DNA of 53,902 nucleotides from a virus (lineage: Duplodnaviria; Caudoviricetes): the IMG/VR virus record IMGVR_UViG_3300042335_000111, positions 1 to 53,902 of that record. The stretch is one strand, 5' to 3'. This document shows, in pieces, positions 1 to 9,159 of the stretch (the stretch's first letter is position 1; every line of letters starts with the position of its first letter). The translations under genes and the position numbers were made by a program. A model generated the notes under the pieces. It saw only the letters and a list, made by a program, of their open reading frames with translations. It was not told the origin of the DNA and searched no databases.

Positions 1-127
1 TGCCATCGGCAGAGTTCAGTTTGGCGTTAGCCGAACCCGAAGCGTTAGCTTCACTTGGGTTAGTCGGGAATAGATTTGGTTGATTCAATTCAACCGAGGA
101 ATGTGAGGCCATTGCCGAACTTTCCTC
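1..127. repeat. Terminal direct repeat (= 53776-53902), circular assembly overlap
   Basis: Exact 127-bp identity between the two ends; it falls inside a CDS that reads through the junction. Confidence 0.95.
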
Positions 128-628
128 TTCCCCTTGCAAAGGGGTTAGGGGTTTTTGTTTCTCTGTTTGTTTCTCTGTATATTGTTTAATATGACGCGCC
201 CGCGCGGAACGAGAAGAATCTTCCACATGGTCAGGAAGAATCTTCCAGATGGATGTGGAAGAATCTTCCAGATGGTCTGCCCTTTCTGATGTCAAAAGTG
301 TGAGTGCAGATTGGCTGATTGTGTAATACTTCATAGCCTTCCCTGCCTGCAAATCGAACTGCTGTGACTTAATCAAACCCATACTTTCCAGCGTCCGAAA
401 CACCTCACCGATTGTCCGTGTTGACCAAAATGGAAACGAGAATTCGCGCCATTGTTCAAGCGTATTGAATATCCAACGCTCGTCATCCACAACTTTTCCA
501 GATCGTTTTTGACCACACCAAAACTTCAAAGTTTGAAGAACGATTGCTTCTGGTAGCCCGATTAGTTTTGCCAAGGTTGGCTGAAAGACGATGGGCGTTT
601 CGTCAATCAATAGATTTGATTTACTCAT
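1..628 (-). CDS. Phage replication initiator (lambda O / replisome-organiser-like), 5' part; continues at 53775-53480 (307 aa total)
   Basis: Manual translation from ATG 628: MSKSNLLIDETPIVFQPTLAKLIGLPEAIVLQTLKFW...RWIFNTLEQW...FPFWSTRTIGEVFRTLESMGLI (winged-helix-like). In frame with ORF 53480..53887 across the junction, contains internal iterons, lies upstream of DnaB. Confidence 0.8.
   Translation of the reverse strand, partial: MSKSNLLIDETPIVFQPTLAKLIGLPEAIVLQTLKFWCGQKRSGKVVDDERWIFNTLEQWREFSFPFWSTRTIGEVFRTLESMGLIKSQQFDLQAGKAMKYYTISQSALTLLTSERADHLEDSSTSIWKILPDHVEDSSRSARARHIKQYTEKQTEKQKPLTPLQGEEESSAMASHSSVELNQPNLFPTNPSEANASGSANAKLNSADG
213..275. repeat. Three iterons GAAGAATCTTCCA(C/G)ATGG, probable replication origin
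   Basis: Copies at 213-230, 235-252 and 258-275 (22-23 bp period) with an internal dyad, next to an AT-rich tract at ~152-192. Confidence 0.75.
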
Positions 629-781
629 TGTAAAAAAGGCGACCCCTTGTAGTGGCGATAGAAAGCGGCAACTGACGCATGAAGGTGGATTACCACCACA
701 AGGGATCATTTTATTTAGTTAATTTAATTTCTATCTTCAATCCGGCCTTCACCCCGGATGTGCAATTTCTCGCACAACTGA

Positions 782-810
782 AAACTACTACAGGTTGTAT
801 TCTATGTCAA
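782..810 (-). promoter_or_regulatory. Sigma70-type promoter for the replication operon
   Basis: TTGACA-N17-TAGTTT on the - strand. Confidence 0.55.
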
Positions 811-836
811 GCATCTTTTTTTATCGTTAACGATAA

Positions 837-1389
837 TTACACCCGCAATTCCCACCTGACTTTTGCTGCTGTTGATTGTGACTTGCTTCTTTGTCTATTA
901 TTCCAATCCATACCCTGCTTAGATGTCGTTGAGGCCAGCCATCCGCTTGCTTTGTATATTGTTCCACAATGAACATCTGTGTCTTGATATGAAACAAATA
1001 ATTGAATATGCGGCATTCTTTTTTTAATTTCTTTTCGCATAACTGAAAGCATTCTGCTTGCTGTGTTTTTTGGAGCATCTGGAGATATCGCTAATCTTCT
1101 TAACTCCAAAGCAACGCTTCCTTCTTTCATTCTATTTGCGGCGATTGGACTCGACCAAATAGCAACTGCATATATAAAATTATCATATGCAGCAACAAAA
1201 CAAATGTAATCTTTATTTCTAATAACATTTGATGGGTCTATCACTGGGAATCTTGAATGCCACAACAAATTTAATTTACAGGCTAAAAAACGAAGTGCAT
1301 TTTAAAATCTCAAATTGCAATGGAGAATTTGGTTTAATTGGATCACCATTTCTAAATAATGGCATTAAATCTCGAATTTCTTCACTCAT
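837..1389 (-). pseudogene. Mom-like (GNAT-fold) DNA adenine-modification protein, split by a +1 frameshift near the T6 run at 1285-1290
   Basis: C-part ALELRRLAISPDAPKNTASRML...SYQDTDVHCGTIYKASGW is Mom-like. The frame from ATG 1389 (MSEEIRDLMPLF..SPLQFEILKC) stops at 1276 but joins the C-part if one base is removed. Confidence 0.65.
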
Positions 1390-1403
1390 ATCGGTTCCGA
1401 TAA

Positions 1404-1781
1404 TTAGTCTACACCTACTTCGTTGATCTCACCATTTGACCAAGCATACATCCTGTCGTTGAGTAGTTCGTAAATTTCTTCTGCACTCTCTGCGTCTTCA
1501 CATTGGAATACGGCGCGGCGTTCACCAATACCTTCTCCGCTGATGATGAAATCACATTTGTAAACTACATCTCCTCCAGTTCCATTGGCGAGCATGATAG
1601 CTGTGTTATCTTTCCTCATTGCCATAGAGCAGATGCCATTTTTATTTTCGTAGGTAGCCATGAAAGAAGTTTCAAGTGCAGTGGCGAGAGACATATTTGT
1701 AACTAAAACTGTCTTCCTTACGCTGGCTATCAACTCTTCAAGTTTCGGGTTTAATTTATTCATTGGGTTTGTGTTATCCAT
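1404..1781 (-). CDS. Hypothetical protein
   Basis: ORF directly after a consensus promoter; ATG at 1781. Confidence 0.7.
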   Translation of the reverse strand: MDNTNPMNKLNPKLEELIASVRKTVLVTNMSLATALETSFMATYENKNGICSMAMRKDNTAIMLANGTGGDVVYKCDFIISGEGIGERRAVFQCEDAESAEEIYELLNDRMYAWSNGEINEVGVD

Positions 1782-1789
1782 AAGCAATC

Positions 1790-1835
1790 ATAGTATCAAA
1801 AAAGTGTTGACTTGTCAATAGTCTTGGTTTATTTT
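1790..1835. promoter_or_regulatory. Interlocked divergent sigma70 promoters
   Basis: - strand TTGACA(1818-1813)-N17-TACTAT; + strand TTGACT(1807-1812)-N17-TATTTT. Confidence 0.7.
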
Positions 1836-1843
1836 TTCTGGAA

Positions 1844-2149
1844 ATGAGACATCCTTTAGAAGACGCATACGAGTCCTGCATGACTGCTTACGAGCAATCA
1901 CGCATGGTTCGTTCTATCGGGAGGAAAACTTTCGCCACTCAGTTGCGTGAGACTCGCAGGATGTTGCGGTTGACTGTCCGAGAGCTTGGAGAGAAGATCG
2001 GCGTGACTGGATCACTCATCAACCAGATCGAAGTAAACTCCAAGAGTATCTTAAAGAAAGAACAAGTAGAGAAAGTAATCGCACTATGCTACGAAGAAAA
2101 ACCCCACTTAAAGCAAAAACGGGTTTCAAAAAGCGCGGAGGAAAACTAA
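1844..2149 (+). CDS. XRE/Cro-family HTH regulator
   Basis: LRETRRMLRLTVRELGEKIGVTGSLINQIE HTH signature. Confidence 0.85.
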   Translation: MRHPLEDAYESCMTAYEQSRMVRSIGRKTFATQLRETRRMLRLTVRELGEKIGVTGSLINQIEVNSKSILKKEQVEKVIALCYEEKPHLKQKRVSKSAEEN

Positions 2150-2406
2150 ATACCTTTTCTCAAAGGGGCAAACAAAGGAATGAGTCTTATAGGAAAGTTA
2201 GGAAAGAATTCCTTGAAGAAAAAGATTACGCCTGTGAAGTTTGCGGGATGTATGCAACTGACATTCACCATAAAAAGGGCAGGGGCAAGAACCTTTGTAA
2301 AAAAGAATCATTCATGGCAGTCTGTAGAAAATGTCATACCTTCATTCACGACAACCCTGCATGGGCCAGAGAGAACAATTATTTAATTTATGAATACAAC
2401 GTTTGA
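2086..2406 (+). CDS. HNH endonuclease-family protein
   Basis: CEVC...DIHHKKGRG...AVCRKCHTFIH. Confidence 0.8.
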   Translation: MLRRKTPLKAKTGFKKRGGKLNTFSQRGKQRNESYRKVRKEFLEEKDYACEVCGMYATDIHHKKGRGKNLCKKESFMAVCRKCHTFIHDNPAWARENNYLIYEYNV

Positions 2407-2611
2407 ATCCCGCATCATCTGCGAAGGAACAGAAGTAAGTGAGAACCCAACAAAGATTCTGTTTAGGCAGAAGTTCAACCAATGCTGGGTAAAGAAAAGT
2501 GATATTCGCGTGAAAGAAACTCTTGGTTTCCTTGACGGGGAGAAAGTAATCCGTATCGTAGTCCCAGAAGAAGTAGCGAATACCTTGGAACTTGAAGGTA
2601 TTCTCGATTGA
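2390..2611 (+). CDS. Hypothetical protein
   Basis: Overlaps the preceding ORF in the operon. Confidence 0.65.
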   Translation: MNTTFESRIICEGTEVSENPTKILFRQKFNQCWVKKSDIRVKETLGFLDGEKVIRIVVPEEVANTLELEGILD

Positions 2612-2748
2612 TCTTTACTGGGAAGCATGGAGTCATGCAGCTAACTGCGAGCTTTGAAGTAGTCTTGTTTGATTGGACTCACAAACCAAGCGGCAATACA
2701 TGGGGCCGTCACAGAAACCATGACCAAGAGTAACGCCTTGGCCCAGTA

Positions 2749-4599
2749 TCACCAATCTCCATTATCGTCTGATCCGTAGTCATCGTCTTGCGAGTATTCG
2801 ACTGGCTTTTCATCCCGCGCCCAAAATCTATTAGTCGGAACTGGTTTATCGTTTCCGATAAAAACGAGTCCATTACGCCGCGCCATTTCAAGGCAGTATA
2901 AAAACGAGTCAGCCAAGTCGGGCGAGAATCCTGTTCTACCTTTGAAGTCATCTTTAGTTTCTACAGAAATCTTCTTAGACTTAATCGTGTATCTACGAAT
3001 GCAAAGTTCCCGCGCCAGTTCATCAGACGGACTGACACCAAAGATAACTCTACTTTTGAATCCATGATAGGCCGAATACCAATACTCAGATACCAACCTA
3101 TCGTAAACATCCTTACACGGGCGTTTATCAACTTCTGCTGCGATTCGATCAGTAGGTTTACCCATAGATGAGATAAGAGCAATAGCGGCTCCAGACGAGT
3201 CAAAGCGTAGCCACTCACGAATAATAGCCTGTCCGACTCGACCACCATCACCAGACACGTCCATACCGAATTTAGATGGTTGCACTCCAGCAGTCCTACA
3301 ATAATTAACAACTTCAGTAGCAAGTTGGATTTCAAACTCAGCAGCGGCATTGGCGGATAACTGAATTACCTTCTGACTCTCAAGCCACATAACACGATTG
3401 CGAGTGCCACGGACATACCCAAGTTTGGCGATGGTCAGAACGCATCTATCTCCACCAACTGTAAATGCAGTATCGAATCCTGCTACTTTAGTAAATCCTT
3501 CAGAATCCCAAAGTGGTTCTTCGTTTGTATCGGCGTTACGAATGAGATCAGCGGTTAGAATGGTCTGAGCAAATCCAGTCTTCGGCCACCAACCAATAGC
3601 GTTACGAACATAGTCGATAGCATTCTCATCCCCATAACATTGTTTGAGCATGATCTCCTGCTTCTTACGATCCATAAGGAACGGGAATGGAGATGGTTCA
3701 TTTGGCGGAGCATCGAAGTTAGGTGACTTCATGCCGTTATAGAACAAGCAAACGCCAGTCTCCGTATCCCACTTCATTAAGTCTGGATTGACTGAATCAA
3801 AGCTGGAATGACCTTTAGGCATTGCCCAACGAGTGTGCGGGTTGTCTCCTGCTGACGGGTTTCCGATACCGATAAAAGTAATATCGTTATTTGCAGAAAG
3901 GTTAACGCGAGCGGTAATTGCTCCTAACTCCATTTCGGGCAACTCATCAAGTGCCAATCGAACACGATCATTCTTACGACCACGGGTAGTATCAATAGCC
4001 TTCTGACCTTCGTTACCAGACTGAAAGGCGAGAGCTTTTATCGCATTACGATAATCTTTATCTTCGTCGTTAGATGCGCCTCCCCAAACAATCATGTGAC
4101 GATAGTCGATCAACTTACCATACTGAACACTGGCGCACTTCCAAAGTTTAGAGATGATACCCCAGATACGATCTTCGGACGCACCCAGAGTAGTTGTAGC
4201 AACCCAAGAAGAAGTGCAGTGTGGGGCAGAACACCAATCAAGATAAATCCAAAGTGCAACTGGAAACGACTTACCCATCGAAGCCGCGCCTGCTAAACAG
4301 ATGTCAGTATTGGAACATAACTCATCCAGTGTCCTAATCAACTGAGTATTCGTATATCCTCGACTGTATATAGAAACCTCAGTCGGCCATTGAAGTTTCA
4401 CAGCATTAAGGAAATGTTCAGATGGAGAGAGTAATTTAAAATCTGTTAGGTTAATATTGTGCTTAACGCAGTATTCTTTTCCATACTCTCCACGGGAAAT
4501 TGCATAACAATAAAGTTCTATCCCAAGTTCGTCCATGTTTTCTGGAAACTTCATTCCATATTTTTGAATACCCTTGTTGGAAGAAAAAACTCTTGACAT
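2749..4599 (-). CDS. terL: Terminase large subunit
   Basis: Walker A GAASMGKS, Walker B LALDE, GIGNP, RNase H-like GFDTA..GGD and SPDLADS. Confidence 0.9.
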   Translation of the reverse strand: MSRVFSSNKGIQKYGMKFPENMDELGIELYCYAISRGEYGKEYCVKHNINLTDFKLLSPSEHFLNAVKLQWPTEVSIYSRGYTNTQLIRTLDELCSNTDICLAGAASMGKSFPVALWIYLDWCSAPHCTSSWVATTTLGASEDRIWGIISKLWKCASVQYGKLIDYRHMIVWGGASNDEDKDYRNAIKALAFQSGNEGQKAIDTTRGRKNDRVRLALDELPEMELGAITARVNLSANNDITFIGIGNPSAGDNPHTRWAMPKGHSSFDSVNPDLMKWDTETGVCLFYNGMKSPNFDAPPNEPSPFPFLMDRKKQEIMLKQCYGDENAIDYVRNAIGWWPKTGFAQTILTADLIRNADTNEEPLWDSEGFTKVAGFDTAFTVGGDRCVLTIAKLGYVRGTRNRVMWLESQKVIQLSANAAAEFEIQLATEVVNYCRTAGVQPSKFGMDVSGDGGRVGQAIIREWLRFDSSGAAIALISSMGKPTDRIAAEVDKRPCKDVYDRLVSEYWYSAYHGFKSRVIFGVSPSDELARELCIRRYTIKSKKISVETKDDFKGRTGFSPDLADSFLYCLEMARRNGLVFIGNDKPVPTNRFWARDEKPVEYSQDDDYGSDDNGDW

Positions 4600-4635
4600 A
4601 TCAATAAGAAAATATATTTTCCGTCGAAAGGCAAG

Positions 4636-5013
4636 ATGAAACTGAAAAACAAAAACCTCGCTCCAGTCGGTGGCTTTTATTGGAAGTATGAGATCAAGCG
4701 CGATAAACTCACATTCCCTGCTATTGTTTACGGAAGCACATGGAGTAGCTTGATGCAGAATATCCAGAAGGATTATCGCTCAAACGGAATTGAACTGCCA
4801 AGCAATATTGAGCAGATGGTTGAAGATCAAATCTGCCAGCGTCAACCAAGTGATCGTTGCTGGTATGCTGATGGACTTGGAGATCGTATTGCCCAAGCTA
4901 TCCACACTGTAGCAGCGGCTACTGATAAGGTTTTAGGAACTAAACTTGAGCATAAAGCTCGCGGATGTTCTTCTTGCAATAAAAGAAGGACTGCACTAAA
5001 CAAATTATCGTAA
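4636..5013 (+). CDS. Hypothetical Cys-containing protein upstream of portal
   Basis: ORF ending in CSSCNKRR..LNKLS; TTGACA at 4593. Confidence 0.75.
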   Translation: MKLKNKNLAPVGGFYWKYEIKRDKLTFPAIVYGSTWSSLMQNIQKDYRSNGIELPSNIEQMVEDQICQRQPSDRCWYADGLGDRIAQAIHTVAAATDKVLGTKLEHKARGCSSCNKRRTALNKLS

Positions 5014-5026
5014 CCGATAAAAACAT

Positions 5027-7522
5027 ATGCTATCCGTAGGAAACGACAACTTCTCATTAGCCACTCTTGACCAAGATGGTAAACCACCGGAAACACGAAT
5101 CTCCAACGCCTCACACGCTTGGAACATAGCAAATCATCTTCGACTTGCTAACATCGGGCGCGAGAACAAACGCATCCGTATCTATAAGGCGTATAAGATG
5201 TTCCCGCCAACAGGATACAGCAAGCTCGCAGAAAAGCGACTACCTTGGCAATCAGATGTAAACTACGGACAACTTGGATTTATCGTTGATAACCAGAAGT
5301 CCAGTTACTACGATGTGATTACCGAACGGCAGGCTTGCTGCACGATCAAAAGCAAATTTGGAAATGAAAAAGAACGACTCGTTAACTCCGAAAACATTTC
5401 CATTGCATTTGACCAAGCAATCCGAGAATGGCCCGGATACCTCTACAATACAGAGCAAGACCTTGAGGAAATGTTGTTGTATGGAAAGGGCATCGGAATG
5501 TGGGATAGCCCAATGGGATGGATGCCAGAACACGTTTTCCTCTCCGACCTTCTCTTTCCAGACGACATTAGGATCGACTTCTGCAACCTTGAGGAGTTTG
5601 TTCGCCGTGTCCGTTTGACTCCATACGAACTCTACAAGAAGATCGAGAATCGTGCAGCGGCAGAAGCAATGGGATGGAATGTGGACGCAGCAATTGATGC
5701 TATCCGATTCCACCGCGCCTTCAGCAATCACCGCAAGACCCGTGAAGACTTCTTCCGCACGATCAGCGAATCTGGATTCAACTGGTCACTATCGGTCAAC
5801 CAAAAGATCGACCTCTACGAAGTTTACTGGAGGGAGTTCGACGGCAAGATCAGTAAGGCTATCATTCTTCAAGACTACCAACCAATCTCCGACTACATCA
5901 ACTCCAACATCAAAGGTGCTGGAAAGATCAGCGAAGATGATGTCAGAACCCAACACGGGTTTATGATGCTGAAGATTGGACTCTTCGATTCATGGGATGA
6001 GATCATGTATATGCTTACTGACTCAGTTGGTAGCGGACTCTTCCAAGATATTAAGAGCCAAGCAGAATCAGCGTTCGTTGCCTGCCGCCAGTATGACTTC
6101 ACAATGAACTCGCTGGTAGATGCTGTCCGACTCAACTCCATGTTGATGATCGAAGGACAAGGGCCAGACGCAACTAAGATGCTCAAGCAAATGGAATGGT
6201 TGCCTATCAGCGTAATGCCAGATGGAGCAAAGTTCATCCAGAACCGCTTCCAACTTCCAGTAGCAGAAAGCATGAGCTTCATGCAGTTCTTCATGGGAGA
6301 TATGTATAGGGGAATGGGGCAGTATCGTATCAACGCTCCTACTGCTGGAGGAAAGCAACGAACCAAAGGCGAAGCAGAACTGGATGCCGCTGAGTCAGCA
6401 AAACTTTCTGGAACTCAGATTCGTCGATTTAACGAGTGCCAAACTCTTTACTTCAAACAACTCTACAAACGCTTTGTAAGCTCAAAATCCAGCGATGATG
6501 GATATGAGTATGTTAAGAAGTTCTACGAGATTCTTGAAGAACTCGGCACTCCCAAAGAAGCCGCACAATGGAAGAACATCACAAGCATCCGCTCTAACCT
6601 TATCAATGGTGCAGGTAGCCCATCGTTCAAGCTCATCACAGCAGAGAAGCTATTGCAGATCACAGCAATCACTCCAGCAAACGAAGGGCAGGAGAATGCA
6701 GTTAAAGATGCAATCGCCGCACTATCGGGACGAGACAATGTAGCTCGCTACCGCAATACTAAGCCAAGCAAGATCGACGATACTGCCCGTATCATTGGAT
6801 TTGAGAATGCTGGTATGACTGATGCGTTCGTCAACCCTGCAAACTTCCCTGTGCTGCCAACTGATCCGCACATCGAACACGCTCAAGGTCACTTCCAAGA
6901 CTTGGCAATGCAGTTGCAGATGAACCTGCAATCCGTGCAACAGGGTAATCCAGAGTTTGCCGAAATCTCGAAAGCAGTCCGTGCTATCAAGTTCAAGGGT
7001 GGTCACATCATGGCGCACGTTGAGTATATCAGCAAAGACCCATCGAAGCAGGACTTCTTGAAACAATTCATGCAGGGAATGAACGAGGCTCAAGGAATGG
7101 CCGACGAACTCCAGCAAGTGTATGTTCAGATGGCGGAAGCTGAGGCTCAAAAATCTGGTCAGCCAAACTCTGAGGAAGATGTCAAACTTCAATACCTCAC
7201 TGCTAAGTCTGGCATTGAGATTGATACGAAGAAGAAGCTCGCTGACATCGCAATCGGCAAGGCTTCTATCTCACACGCTCAACGCACTGAGCAGCGCAAG
7301 GAACAGGGCATCACGCAACTTGCGCTTCAGAAGGCTAAAGCTCGCGCTGAAATTCAGAAGATGAAAGGTAAGACGAAGGCAGAGCAACCAGAGATGGAAG
7401 CTCCAGAGATGGAAGAAGAGGAGCCAGAGGAACCAGAGGAAGAAGAGACTGAAGAAATGGAAGTCGAAACTCCAGAGGCTACCGAAGAAGTTGAGATGGA
7501 AGAAACACCAACACAAACATGA
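5027..7522 (+). CDS. Portal (head-tail connector) protein
   Basis: 831 aa, first large gene of the head module, RTKGEAEL motif, acidic tail. Confidence 0.75.
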   Translation: MLSVGNDNFSLATLDQDGKPPETRISNASHAWNIANHLRLANIGRENKRIRIYKAYKMFPPTGYSKLAEKRLPWQSDVNYGQLGFIVDNQKSSYYDVITERQACCTIKSKFGNEKERLVNSENISIAFDQAIREWPGYLYNTEQDLEEMLLYGKGIGMWDSPMGWMPEHVFLSDLLFPDDIRIDFCNLEEFVRRVRLTPYELYKKIENRAAAEAMGWNVDAAIDAIRFHRAFSNHRKTREDFFRTISESGFNWSLSVNQKIDLYEVYWREFDGKISKAIILQDYQPISDYINSNIKGAGKISEDDVRTQHGFMMLKIGLFDSWDEIMYMLTDSVGSGLFQDIKSQAESAFVACRQYDFTMNSLVDAVRLNSMLMIEGQGPDATKMLKQMEWLPISVMPDGAKFIQNRFQLPVAESMSFMQFFMGDMYRGMGQYRINAPTAGGKQRTKGEAELDAAESAKLSGTQIRRFNECQTLYFKQLYKRFVSSKSSDDGYEYVKKFYEILEELGTPKEAAQWKNITSIRSNLINGAGSPSFKLITAEKLLQITAITPANEGQENAVKDAIAALSGRDNVARYRNTKPSKIDDTARIIGFENAGMTDAFVNPANFPVLPTDPHIEHAQGHFQDLAMQLQMNLQSVQQGNPEFAEISKAVRAIKFKGGHIMAHVEYISKDPSKQDFLKQFMQGMNEAQGMADELQQVYVQMAEAEAQKSGQPNSEEDVKLQYLTAKSGIEIDTKKKLADIAIGKASISHAQRTEQRKEQGITQLALQKAKARAEIQKMKGKTKAEQPEMEAPEMEEEEPEEPEEEETEEMEVETPEATEEVEMEETPTQT

Positions 7523-7764
7523 CAACAGACAAAGTAAAATCCCTATGCGCGGCAATAACCTCACACGAAGACTGGAACAAACTACAGGCGTATTTACTAC
7601 TTAATGTAAACCCACCAGAAGGAGTAACAACGCTTATCCATGCAATCAAAACTATTGAAGCTATTGGAACTGAGGAGCAGGGAGCATTCAAAAAAACAAA
7701 ACTTGCTGGAAAACATAAAGAGCCAGCGGACATCACAATCGACCCAGACCTTGACGAAATCTAA
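7519..7764 (+). CDS. Hypothetical protein between portal and scaffold
   Basis: ATGA overlap with portal; usual podovirus position. Confidence 0.7.
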   Translation: MTTDKVKSLCAAITSHEDWNKLQAYLLLNVNPPEGVTTLIHAIKTIEAIGTEEQGAFKKTKLAGKHKEPADITIDPDLDEI

Positions 7765-7767
7765 TTT

Positions 7768-9051
7768 ATGGCAGACCCAAACGACACAGCAGAAGTAATC
7801 AAAGAACTGAAGGCTAAACCTCAAGTTCCGATTAAAGGTAACACATCTGACTTCCTCAAGAAGTTCAGTCAGCAGCAATCCGACGAAGGCAAGCCCAGTG
7901 CTACCAATATTGGTGATCCCAATCTCGGCATTAAAAAATTCAATGAAGAAGAACCACCAGAAGAACACACGGGAGTTACCGAAGCTGAAATCACGTCTGA
8001 CCGCACAGGAAAGAAAAAAGGATTCGTTGAACGGCAAATCGAAGAAAACCGCAAACTCAAAGAAGAACTTGAGAAATACAAGAAAGATGAAATCCCCAAG
8101 TTTGAAACCAAAATCCAAGAACTTGAGCGAATGGTCACCGAGTCAACATCGACTAAAGAAGCCAACCACTACCAAGAACAACTCAACAAAGCCAACCAAG
8201 AGAAGCTGGACGTTGAGCAACAACTATCAGAGCAGATCAAGGAACTTAGGGGTAAACTGGACTTCCATGACATTACAAGCAATCCAGACTTCAAAAAGAC
8301 TTATCTCGATCCTATCAAGAATACCTACGACACTGCGCGACAATTGCTATCGAATGATCCAACTCTTCTTTCGACATTCTCCCGTGCTGTCAATGCAAAT
8401 GCCTCCATCTTCAATGCGTCCTCCGAAGAGGATCGTAGAGCGGCAGAAGCCGACCGCGACCAAGCGTTCGAGGAAATCACGAACTCGCTCTCGCAATTCA
8501 AGCAGTATCAATTCGCGGAGCAGGTTAACAGCTTCATCAAAGCAACTCAAGGACATCACGCAGCTCTTGTCAACTTTGAAGAAACCAAGCAGAATATCAT
8601 TCAAACCGCTAAACAAAAAGAGCAAGAAGGCAGGAACAAGTATCTGAACCAGTGGCGTGAAGGCTACAAGAACACTCAACAGGAGATTGACCGGGCTACC
8701 GAAATTCCAGATGTGGTTGCTGACTACATGAAGGAAAAGGGAATCAAGTTTGACATCTCCCGCGACGAGGCTATTGCGCTGGCAGCTACACAGCAGACCA
8801 ACGAGCAGGCATCAGTCGAAGACATGAATCGACTGATCCACCAAGGCCGCGCCTATCAGAAGATTCAAGCACAACTCAAGGCATACCAAGAGATGGTGAA
8901 AGAGAAAGACGAGTATATTGCACAACTCAAAGGATCATCTCGCATCTCGTCATCGCCAAGTGCATCGGATTCCCAGAAACCAAGAATGAGTATCACGGAG
9001 GGACTGGCCGCGAAGCTCGCCAAGTTTTCGCCGCAAGCAAGAACTGCATAG
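7768..9051 (+). CDS. Capsid scaffolding protein (putative)
   Basis: Coiled-coil, E/K/Q-rich, immediately before the capsid gene. Confidence 0.65.
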   Translation: MADPNDTAEVIKELKAKPQVPIKGNTSDFLKKFSQQQSDEGKPSATNIGDPNLGIKKFNEEEPPEEHTGVTEAEITSDRTGKKKGFVERQIEENRKLKEELEKYKKDEIPKFETKIQELERMVTESTSTKEANHYQEQLNKANQEKLDVEQQLSEQIKELRGKLDFHDITSNPDFKKTYLDPIKNTYDTARQLLSNDPTLLSTFSRAVNANASIFNASSEEDRRAAEADRDQAFEEITNSLSQFKQYQFAEQVNSFIKATQGHHAALVNFEETKQNIIQTAKQKEQEGRNKYLNQWREGYKNTQQEIDRATEIPDVVADYMKEKGIKFDISRDEAIALAATQQTNEQASVEDMNRLIHQGRAYQKIQAQLKAYQEMVKEKDEYIAQLKGSSRISSSPSASDSQKPRMSITEGLAAKLAKFSPQARTA

Positions 9052-9079
9052 CCCATCATTCTAAAATCTGGTCATAGAC

Positions 9080-9120
9080 GGGGGAGGTAGTCCGATAGCT
9101 ACCTCCCCCAAACTTTTTTT
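9080..9120 (+). terminator. Intrinsic terminator-like hairpin
   Basis: GGGGGAGGTAG/CTACCTCCCCC stem followed by a T run. Confidence 0.65.
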
Positions 9121-9130
9121 AAAAAAGTTG

Positions 9131-9159
9131 TTGACATAGTAAATAGTCGGTTGCATTGT
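9131..9159 (+). promoter_or_regulatory. Promoter for the capsid operon
   Basis: TTGACA-N17-CATTGT with an upstream A tract. Confidence 0.55.

Noticed and set aside
4037-4053. TTATCGCATTACGATAA as another motif copy
   Set aside because: The spacer is 5 bp rather than 4; not counted
7898-8647. 249-aa alternative-frame ORF in the scaffold gene
   Set aside because: K/N/S/T-rich by-product of GAA/CAA-rich coding; unlike the methyltransferase case it supplies no missing motif
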